In this document: one piece after another, positions 12,505 to 24,500 of the stretch
Numbering within the stretch: the first letter of the stretch is position 1
Layout: each line of letters starts with the position of its first letter
DNA from: Magallana gigas
Taxonomy: Eukaryota
Assembly (NCBI RefSeq): GCF_963853765.1
Contig: NC_088858.1
Span: forward strand, 45,694,001-45,758,000
DNA length: 64,000 nucleotides
Direction: 5' to 3'
The notes under the pieces: generated by a model
What the model saw: only the letters and a program-made list of their open reading frames with translations
Database searches by the model: none
Told to the model about the DNA's origin: nothing
Made by a program: the position numbers and the translations under genes

Positions 12505-15500
12505 CTTTAAAGGGGAGATAATTGAGAATTATTGAAAATTTGTTGGTATTTTTCAAAAATCTTCTTCTCAAAAACTATTCCGCCTGAAAAGCTTAAACTT
12601 GTGTGGAGGCATCCACAGGTAGTGTAGATTCAAGTTTGTTCAAATCATGGTCTCCGGGGGTAGGGAGGGGCTACAAGAGGGGGATCAAGTTTTACATAGG
12701 AATATATTGAGAAAATCTTTAAAAATCTTCTTCTCAAAAACTATTTGGCCAGGAAAGCTCAAATTTGAGTGTAAGCATCCTCAGATAGTGTAAATTCAAT
12801 TTTAATCAAATCATGGTCCACGGGGTTAGGGTGGGGCCACCATAGGGGGATGAAGTTTTACATAGGAATATATAGAGAAAATCTTTAAAAATCGTCTTCT
12901 CAAATAGTATTAGACCAGAAAAGCTCAAATTAAAATGGAAGCATCCTCAGGTAGAGTAGTTTCAAATTTGTTCAAATCATGGTCCCCGGGGGAAGGGTGG
13001 GGCCACAATAGGGGGATCAAGTTTTACATAAGAATATATAGAGAAAATCTTTAAAAATCTTCTTCTCAAAAACTAATGGGTCAGAAAAGCTCAAATTAAA
13101 ATGGAAGCATGCTCAGGTAGTGTAGATTCAAGTTTGATCAAATCATGGTCCCCGGGGGTAGGGTGGGGCCACAATTGGGGGATAAATTTTTATACAGGAA
13201 TAAATAGAGAAAATCTATAAAAGAAATTCTTTTAAAAACTATTTGGCCAAGAAAGCTCAAATTGGCGTGTAACTATCCTCAGATAATGTAGATTCAAGTT
13301 TCTTCAAATCATGGTCCCTGGGGGTAGGGCGGGGCCACAATGGGGGATAAATTTTTATATGTAGAGAAAATCTTTAAAAATCTTCTTCTCAAAACCATTA
13401 GGCCAGGAAAGCCCAAATTTGAGTGGAAGACTCCCCAGATCGTATAGATTCAAGTTTGTTTAAATAATAGTCCAGGGGTAGGGTGAGGCCACAATGGGGG
13501 ATGAATTTTTACATAGGAATATATAGAGAAAATCTTTAAAAATCTTCTTTTTAAAGACTATTTGGCCAGAAAAGCTTTAACTTGTGTAGAGGCATCCTCG
13601 GGTAGTGTAAATTCAAGTTTGCAAAATCACAGTCCCTAGTGGTTGGGCGGGGCCGTGATGGCGTTTTGAATTTATTCATAGGAATATATAGAGAAAATCT
13701 TTAAAAATATTCTGGGAAAGTTTTCGGTCCAAAACCCAGTACTTAGTGTGAAAGCACAGGTTATGCAGATTTAAGTTTGATGAAACCATGATTCCCTAGA
13801 GAAAAGTGGGACCACGAAATGGGGGGGGGGGGGGTATATAGGAATAGAGAAAAATCTTCTTACAGGTACAACAACAAAAGGGGCTTGGTATAAGAGGTGG
13901 ATAAAAATTGGCAGATTTTCAATTTTTTTTTAACAAGATCTACTGTACTTAGTTGTCAAGATATTTTGATACTGTAATGCTAGTTTGATCAGAATTAAGG
14001 CAATTGTTGCTCAGGTGAGCGATGTGGCCCCTGGGCCTCTTGTTTAACTCCTTTTTGAAGACAATGCTATGTAAAACCATATTCTGGTGGTATGTACTTA
14101 AAAAGTAAATTTTACGATGATTTCTAAACAGATTTGAACAGCTTCACAGCAGTGGCATTTGCATTAACTCAATTAAAGTAATGGATATTAAAACCACTGT
14201 CACAATTGAGAAAACAATTAAAATTGAAGAGACGCGAATTTCTTAGAATTTTTTTAATATTGATGATTTTAAAAAACTCATTTGAAGACAACAACGAAAC
14301 TTGTGCGACACGAGTTTCGTTGTTTTATTAAACTTAGATTAAATATGTATGATATATACCCGCTAAACTGATAACCCAAAGGTTTCATTGCATACATACA
14401 TCGTCGATATCTTTTACAGGGTCATTGTCAAAATTATATACAATACTTTATTAAGGCATTCTAAATGGTCAGACAATTTTTAACTTCAGCTGTCAATCTA
14501 CAAATAAGATACAGAGCTGACTGTTTATGTTTAAGATTTAAAAGAATAAGGAACCTGCAGATAGAAAAAAAAACTATGAAAAACAAAGCTTTTACTAGTA
14601 AATACAACATATATTAACAAAAAAAAACATATCCACATAATGACAAAGAAATGTTGGCTCTGTATCTCGCTTGATAATTGACAACTGACATTAACGATTT
14701 GGATGACCATTGGATATCCCAATGTTTAGCATAGCCATTATGAATATTAAAACAGGAAAAATTTAAACTTGACCTACCTCTTAAAATATTACCTGGATTG
14801 CTGCTATCGCTGAACTTATCTTAAGATATTTACGTTAAATTCAGAAAGCTAACTATATTTGTAAATTAATGTTCAACATCTTTGAACTTAAAATATTCCA
14901 AATTTGAGAACGCATATCAAGTTTCAATTTCAGTTTACGATGAAGCAAAACCACCGCAGTGGATATGTACTGTAACCAAAACCAAGACAAATTTGACAAA
15001 ACACCTGAACTCTGTGTGGTAGTACGTATAGAACTCAGCTAGCTTGCTTTACAATCTTTTCCATTTTCTCCTTTGCTTTTCTTCTGGAAACACACGCTTT
15101 TCCCCCATTTTAATACACACAAATCGATTTTGAATCTGCATGTTCAACTAAACTAATTTTACCATTTTTCAAAATCATTATTAACTAACGGTGAAATCTT
15201 TGACTCTAGCTGCCATAAAATTGTTCACGTCAGTATTATCTTCCAGAATATTATGTTTCGCAATTGGTGAAATTTTATCCGATCCATTGTTCCTTTCGCA
15301 GTTTATACAGAGCATATCAGTCTTTAAAGTGATACATTTGTTTGGTTAAATCTTTATCTTTGGACTTATGACTTTGATATAAGAAATTAAAAAATCATTA
15401 AATTGCAGGAAATCATTTAAAAGCACTGAAAAAGAGTCATAGAAAAGGGTTGTTACATGTATGTTTGTGATGAAAGTAAACTTTCTGATGAAGAAAGACC

Positions 15501-18500
15501 TTAATATACGTATAGTGTATATTTGGAGTCATTTTAGTTACGCTGTTTTGAAAACGTTTTCCTCTGGACAAACTGATGTATACTTTTATTGTATAAGACA
15601 TAGAATTCTATATAGGACCCTCTGCATGATTATTGATAGCATTTCATTGAATAATCTTGTTTTATTATCATATACTAACATTGAAACTCTCTTCCACTCT
15701 ATTCAATTTGCTTTCCGAGGTTTTTCCTTTCTCTGTCGTATAATTGAATTGTCAATCACTGCTAATCTCATTATATCTAAAGCTGTCTATATTTGATCCG
15801 AAATTTCCTTTTTCAGCAAGACGCCATTCTCTTTTCGTTAGGAGAACCAGTCAAGTCTGTGCAGTTGACTTGGATGATAAGGATCAAGACATTCCGAGAA
15901 TGAGAAGACGGGGAGGCCTTTGTGTTCCGAAAGAGTAAGAAATCCACCATGTTGTATATGGTATAATATCGATGCAATTTGATTTGTGCATTTGCTAGAG
16001 ACAAGAGATACCAATAATAAATATGTAATGGCTACGGGGTAAACCATGACAATCCCAAACAAATTATCCCTTTTGTTATTCATTTTGTTTATTACCTTTT
16101 GATAATTGATTGCGCCCATGAGAAAAGGGCCCTTATGGCAAATTTTTCACAATTTTACTTTTTTGTGGATTTATGTAGGCACAGACTAGAAGAATTAAAA
16201 TACGAAGTTTCGTGATGATTCAACAACTCTTTATACCTTTATTTGGCATTTAAAGTCATTGATGTTTGCCTATGACGTTGTTCGCCATTGGACGTTACGT
16301 TATGGTATCATCAACGTAATTATTACGTTAGGCGTACTGCCCTATACTAATTCGTTTTCCGAAATACAACCATTGCTTTTGAAAATTACATTATTAGATG
16401 ATTTTATTTTTTATTAAATGGTAAATAAATTGATATCGATAAAAAAAATTCTTAAGTTTATGAAATCTATGTACATTATAAACATAATGTTTACTGACAG
16501 AAAAACTGCGAAGTTTTAATGATAATTTGACACTTTGTAAATGATTTTTAAAGAACTCCTTATATAAAGCGCTATACATGTAGTTCGAAGTATTAATCTA
16601 AAATTATTCATTTTTAATAATTAAGTACTATGTACATGACATTTGATGTGATATACACCAATTTTACGTAGTATAATTATTTGGTGATTACTATTGCAGA
16701 TTTAAATTTTATATGCCATGAAAATTATATTAAAATTCAAGTATACTAACCATTTACAGGCATGTTTTGATATAATTAAAGACGATTATATGTCTTGTAC
16801 TCTGTGAATCCTTTTACCGGTATAGCATATACATTTTAAAAAAAAATGAATTCAGATAATAAGATAACAATAAAATAACAATACAATGTTCTATAAATCC
16901 TTCATCTGGTTAAGTCACTTTACAACAGTCTATCGATTGTCTACTCCTCTGCTGGCGTTGGACACAATTCATCCTGGTGTGCAGGTCTAACGTATGGACG
17001 GACATTCCTGTACAGATATTGCTGCCGCTCAAGTGTAAGGCCAGGGGGGATAATCTCTTCTGGGAGTTCCGTGGCATCAAAGGGAGTTGCTCCTCTCTTC
17101 CTAATTGACATCGGTTTTTCCACCCCGTCAATACGTTCCTTCAAATATACTGTCCAGGGATCATCAGCCGTAACCCTGAAGTGATGAAACCGCCTGATTC
17201 CTTTGACTGCACGGAATTGACTGGACAAAAAACTTTTCCAGTTTCTCCACTTCCAAGCAGCACTTTGAAAGGGGACAGCTTCATTTGTAGCTGCTGATTT
17301 GTTGATCAAGATGTGGAACTGGCCAACAGAATCAACATCTGACCTTCGGAAAAGTTTCCGAATGTGGGCGAACCCACTGTCTACAAGACATCTAAAATGA
17401 GAAAATTAGAAATCCAATAACAACGACTTCATGACAATGTTTTACTTCAAAGACATAAGATACGACTGGGTTTACCTTGTGTGTCCGGGGATTTGCATGG
17501 AATACTCAATTTCTTCATGCCGACCCGTCATCACTCGCCAACATAAATATCCTAGCATGTACTGGTTCTTGTTTTGGCCTGTTTTGATTTAAAAAAAAAC
17601 AACCACATCATTGTTAAAGAAGGAATTGCATGTTCAACATGTATTTTGCATGGCTTGTCATTTGCAATGTAATGATAACTTGCCAGAACAATTGTCAGCA
17701 TGCAGAAAACATTTTCGCTCCCCAAATCCATTCTCCGTTAGGGCATGGTCCAGCATGCTAATGACAGCATTTGGTCCATTTGTTAATGTTCCGTCTTGTC
17801 CTTAAAAATAAACCTTTATAGTTCAAACAAAGCAAAAAGTTTATTAAATTTTAACATTATTTATCTGATGAAAATAATCTACATTTAGAGACATACCTAT
17901 AGTTTGATCTTCGTCGATAACATAATTCATTTGTCTGGACAACCCATCGATCCTGACACCGAACACTTGTACTCTTCTTAGTTGAACAAAATAAGTGGGT
18001 CCCATTTGACGGGAGTGATGTGGCAACTGAAAATGTTGTGCGAAGTCAAAGGTATAGTGAACATTGGTGAGTTCACCCCCTTCCCAGTTCGACATTTCTT
18101 TCACTGAATTTTCAACGCAAGTTCTGTAGTGACTTCGTTCTCTCCTTGCATCTTCTAAATGTTTGTGAAACAATTCAGTCACGGTCAGTTTCTCCTCTTC
18201 AGTTACAGCATCGATGACTTGCTTTCTAAGGCATTCACATCGTTGGCAAACATCATCTCGAGGTTTGCTTATCCTTATATAGGGCACACATTTCAGCCAA
18301 GCTTCTTCAAAAGATGAAATCTTCAGCGCACGAACATCTGTACCTTGACAAGAAGCGATGTACCGTTCATGAATACCTTTCTTCGTGTCTGATGATGGAA
18401 GGAATATAGGAGGGATTCCGTCGCTTCCTCTTGGGGCTTCAGGTTGTGGCATGCCTACTTCTGCAGCATAATTGACAATAAAAGTTATTGCATTATGAAT

Positions 18501-21500
18501 GTCCTCATATTTCAGTGCATGATGAGGCTTTTTCCCTGTATTCCGATGTTCGCGGGGAACAGCTCCAATGTCATTCAAATGCCTATTAATATTCTTTAGG
18601 ACTTTTTCAGTACAGTCATTGATAATTAGAAAAGCTTGTCTGCAAATATTTTGTCCTTGAAATGAATAATCGTATCTTAACCTCTTACGTTCTTTGCGTT
18701 TTGATGTTATTTTCTTGCTTCCTATCTGTTTAACTGACCCCATGATAAACATTTCTTTCTCATCTTTTGCCATTTCTCGGAGTCTGTATATATGATCCCT
18801 GATTTCTGTTGCATTGAAGTTTTCAAAACAATTGTTTGAACAGTTGCATTTGAAACTATTCGAATCTTCCTCTGTATCAGGATTTTCTTCTCCTGTGTTT
18901 TCCTCGTCTGGTATAGCATTCTGGTCATTTTCTAGGAGCTGTGATACTCTGTGGTTGACAACTTGGTTGACGTCTATTTCATCTTCACCATCATCATCAG
19001 AACTACTAGTGTCTGTACTTTTGTTGCTCTGCGACAGTCCGCTGCATGTATTTGTATCAAGTCCAAAATGCTCACGAAAGAGATTATCAAGTTCCTGGAA
19101 CAAATAATAAGAATAAAATTGGATACACTTATAAATTTACATATTACAACTGAAAATAGAATGTAATGATTCAATTTCAAAATCTGTATACACGTACATG
19201 TATGTGTAATTACAATAAAGAAGATGGGGGAATAAGATGGCGCAAATGACCATTCGGTTTAGTCGTAAAAAACAATTTCGAATTTATTTTTTCTATTCAA
19301 ATATATTATAATACAAGTTTGCAAAAACATAATTTCTAACTATATTCAGTTTTTAATATATTTAACAAAAGATAAGAAAAACAAATATTGCCTGAAAATT
19401 TGGTGGTATCGAACCCATACCATAAAAACCCTAGTTATACCAGGTTATCTTATGTCAGGTACTCTAACCACTGAGCCATTTCAGACACAACAAAGTAGGC
19501 TGTTTAAATACTATGTGTGACTTTGGCCACGAATTTACGGACTTGTATCATTTTTTCAAAACATTCAACTGTTGGGATACAAAATGATATTTTTAATGTA
19601 TAGCAGGTCATCTCTCCACGATTTTGTTGATTAAAATCGGCTTGTTTTCCATTAGACCTTATTTAGACTATTATTACGGGGCGCTCTCTCCCGTACAGAA
19701 CTAACACTGGGCCAACCGTGAGCTTATTCTCTTATTGTTTGGACCCAGCCTCATGAAACCTCCAACAAGCCAACACGCGTGCTAGTTTTCAGACTTTTAT
19801 ATAGACTTGACATGAAATATACTTTTACGTGAGTTTGGTATGCATCAGCACCGAAGGTCTGATTCCAACTGACTATAATTTACAATTCAGAATAATATAT
19901 AATGAACAATGGAACAACACAATGAAGGATTAACATAAGAAGTACAGATGTAAGTAAATCAATTATCAAACAGCTATTGAGTAACTCGGGACATTTTAGC
20001 AGCATGTACATAAAAGGATTAATAAGATGAAAGAAGCTTAAGTGTCAATAAACATAAATAGAAGTCAATTAAAAGATTAGCTGTCCATCACTGATTGTGC
20101 CTCAGATGAGATTAATGCTGCGCGAAATTTATAACGTTTATAAAACAGTTGTCGAAATAGATGAAAAGTTTTTGTAACAATTAACACAAAGTCCGAAAAA
20201 CATAATTTACACAATAATTAAAAATAGTCCGAAAGATTGAATTCCACACCGTGACACTATGAGAAAAATATGGAGCACAGACCCACTCTATAAAAGGAAA
20301 TGCCTTGAAGTTCTAAAAAAATGACAGTATTTGTAGGTTTTGATACGTATACGCCTGTTTGAGTCAACATATTTCAAGTATTGAACATATTTATCGGTTA
20401 AAAATCAATGATATGTTAATTAAAATATATATTGTTTTCAATGATTTTTTAAAACAATATCAGATTTATTGATGTTTTATTTTTTCAGTACCTTGTCCGA
20501 CCGTGTATGGGCATTTTACACGCCTTATCAACCCATCCTCTTAAATTCACCTTGTAAAATGAAATACATGTATTATCCGACAGATAACTATTTTAGCGCT
20601 CATGGTGCAAATGTCATGTAACGCTTAATTAGATATAAGCAATACACCAATTATTTGTCATTTACTTTTTTTCAATATATTTTAAAGCAACACAATATGA
20701 TACTGGGTTAAAATTTTAAATAGTACAAACTATATGCAACTACATATCCATGTCAACCAGGAGCTTTTTCCCAGTTGAATAGGTCCGTACATAAAAGAAA
20801 TCATATTATTTTTTTTTTTACCAAGAATTTAATAATTCAATAGATTTTTAAATTCAAATTAATTTATCGATTAAAATTAAAAAAGAAATGGAATATTTTG
20901 TATTTGGAATATAAAGAAATTATGTCATATTGATTGAAAATAAATATACCCAAACAACTTTAATCCAGTCAATACATGTAACGTTACATGTAGCTTTAGC
21001 GCATATCAGGTAATTTGAAATAATCAATAACCAATCGATATATCTCGTAAAAATAACATTATAAAATATTGAAGATTTATATCTAAATAAAATTGATTTC
21101 TTATTATTCTTGATATTCATTTCCCCCGCGGGGAGCCTCCTAGTAATTTCTGCATAGGTTGGGTTATCTCTCTTGTTTTTCGACTCTTTACACATAGAAA
21201 TGCCGTGAAAGTGTCAGTAAAGATTTGTTTATTGTAAGATCAATCCTCAGGCCGAAAATAACTTGCTCAATATTGTAAGGTACAACTTTAAATCAAATAG
21301 TGGCTTGAACACAGCTTGTTTATGGCTGTTAGCCGGTGTCGTCAATGACGCTGTGCAGCTGTGTGTAAACAGACGCAGACGGGCGCGGATCAACAAGTTA
21401 AAGTTGATACATGTAGTCGAGAATAATGATAATAATAATTATTTTCCATGAAGAAGTAATTCTATACGGGAATATTTCATACTAGAACACTCAATACCTC

Positions 21501-24500
21501 AAATTCTTCCATGGAAAGCAGTTTGTTTAATCAATCTTCGATCTTCTGAGTCTTTTGATGATGAACAAGAGTTGTCTTTCGTTCGTATCATCGTAATAGA
21601 AGAAACCGGCGCGGAATATAAATATTCGGTTGATATGGATGTTAATGAGAAAAGATGTAAAAAGTATATATATATATATATATTAATATTCGTTTAACTT
21701 GTTAGAGATTGCAAAGGGAAACTAAATGTACGGATATTTGACTTAATTGAAACACGTGTTCATTAACAAAAACAAACGCGCTGTTTTGCATTTTGCACCG
21801 TCAGACGATTTATTTTTCTTTACGTAACGTCATATCTTTATGACGTGTTTTCTCTGTTTTAAGCAAAAAGCCATAAGGCCCTTTTCTCATGGGCGCAATC
21901 AATTATCAGTGGTGCGTGCACCAAGATAATACCAAACTTGTATATCAAACAAGTGGTCTTGATTGATATTTAAAGCTGTCCGCATCATGGGTGAATCTCC
22001 GTTCATTCACAGACAGAATTCCTTAGCGAGCAATAAAACGTCCCAAATCCAATACAAAAAAATTAATCCGGTCGTTTTCATGTCATATCAACATTATCAA
22101 TATAAAAGGTTTACACATTGACTTCATCCAGGGACATAGACCCATTGATAAAAGCAGTTTGCCAGTTGGACGACGGTCATCAGAAGATTGATGAGCTTGT
22201 GAAGATATTAATCCCTCTGTACCAAGAGATGGCACGGCACATGCGCGCTGCTAAGGATTCGCAACTAGTGGTAGAAGTGCTTCTCGAACACGCAGCTGCT
22301 GTCATACTGCTCAAAGATGCGGAGAAAGTAATGTCTTATTCATATATACTTTTTGGCTGTATTCGATGACTAATAAACCTTATAAGGCACATTTGATTAG
22401 AACAAGACAAATAAAAATACAATAAAATCGTCGGGAAAGTGAATCACTATATTTGCATTTTACAATGTTTTGCGTGCATTGTAGGCAAAGGAGATCATGG
22501 ATACTGTAGATGAATTATTGCAAGAGATAAGCGATAAGAAATTTACCAATGATGTCTCCCGGCTGTCCAAAATTGCCCGAATTCGTGGGAAGGTGAACTG
22601 ACTTGACTTTTCTCCCTTCCTACATTCTATTTAATTGCTAAACAGCTGTACCATCCTCACGAGAATCTTTGATTTTTCGATCACAATTAAAATAAATCAC
22701 ATTGGGTTTAGAAAATTGCATATTTTTTAGATTTAATTTCATTACAACGTCGGAAAATTGCGTAACCATGTAACTTCTCATGTGATTTATTTAACTACAA
22801 AATTTCTCCTTCACGTAGATTTCCTATTATTCTGGAGATTTAGAAGGGGCCCAAAGATGGCTGCGACACGCCGCGAAGCTGTTGGGAATCCATCAACCCA
22901 TCACTGCTGTAAAAATATGGTGGTCTACAGTCCGAGCCGTGATACGTTTACGGGCTCTCCGTAATTCTCCCCTTACTAGAAGGTGTGTCATTGTCAGCTG
23001 TAAATACTGTAAACGTACCTAATTTAGCTGTAATAAAATAGCTTGCAATCTTGTCAGCGTATTTAAGTACACGCTTAAACATTCAGATTAAACCAAATGC
23101 AAGTAGAACCCTTGTCTCCAAATTCACCAATTATTCTATTATCATTTAAAGAAGAATATTGTGGAAAAAATAGCACGGAAATTTAAATACCTTACAGTAA
23201 TGCCGGTTACAGTAACTGTAAAACTTTAAATCACGTATGCCAATTGAATTTACAAATTTGAATACCACTTTTGTTTTTGTTTTTTGTATGAAAATAACTA
23301 GCAAACATACATTATATGTTACAATATAAGAAGAAGTAACATCAGATTAATATAATAAAGAAACAAAAAGAAAATTCGTTTTTTAATAAGTGTTCTTATT
23401 TAATGCGAATTGGATGAATTACAGGCTCGCCACAGATAAAACATTGGAGCAGGGTTACTGCCTGTCGGATTTACAGTGGCTGTATAGGGAGACCGGAAAC
23501 ACCAGTCTAGCGTTCCTGACGACCGTTCAACAGATGACAAAGGTCACAGGGAGAACGTGTCATCTTCATCAGGTATCATTCCTACCATCCTAACTTAGGA
23601 TCTGGTGCTGTGTAGATGAATTCATTGTCATAATTTTATCAAAAGATGTACTTCTTACATGTACATGCTTGATATAAGCTTGCCGCTTCTTCATTTCAGG
23701 TTGTGGAATCGTATTCTGCACTTATGAAATTCTGCCAAATTGAACACACGAAGAAAAAACTAGAGACAGAGTTGTTTGAAATGTAGGCGTTCAAAAATAA
23801 ATTGTCTGTTTTGAATTAAGATATGCAAACCTTTAGAACACTTGTGTTCTGTATTATACCTATATTCATTATGCAACTTTTGATTGATTTCAGTTGTGCA
23901 TCGAGACACATGGAATTGAGTCCCAGTGATCTGATCATGTTGGCAAGCATGTATACAGATATGGCAATCAAACATCTTAACTCGGGGAACCTGAAAAAAG
24001 CCCTCTCATCCAGTAAGATATCGTTTTGTTATTGTTCTTAAGCTACCTTAAATACACAAGGTTCAATATAATGTTATTTCCATACAATATGATACCAGTA
24101 TCTATGATGTTTGATTTTGTCTTCTGACGTATGATAATTTGAAGACCAACGAAAAAAACCTTTTATGAATTTCACTTCACTGTTCACAACAACAATATTC
24201 TTATCAATTATAGTCGTTGGTTCCATTTTCATTCATCATATATTTAAATCATTGTCATTTGACTGATTTATCCATCTGAGATGTGTTCGATTGTCAATAA
24301 TATCAATCTATAAATAGGTACGGGAGCATACGAGGTCTGTGACAGGTTGAACAATCAGGATATTGGACTGGTGGTCTCCCCTGTGTTGGCTTGCTGTCTG
24401 ATACTTACCCTTAGGTCTGTACAATCAATCCGCCCTCGCCTCGTTTTCAGAATTACGTAATGTGCTTGTGTTATCATCATCGAAATATGATGCATTTCTA

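Noticed and set aside
12264-12571. ORFs with poly-Val or poly-Thr runs
   Set aside because: Translation of the (GTC/GTT)n microsatellite in the Helentron-type element.
20489-20553. Candidate extra ADCY10 exon (AG/GT bounded, open in phase 2)
   Set aside because: It lies inside the Sola element and ends in phase 1. Exons 15817-15934 and 22132-22327 already join in frame without it.
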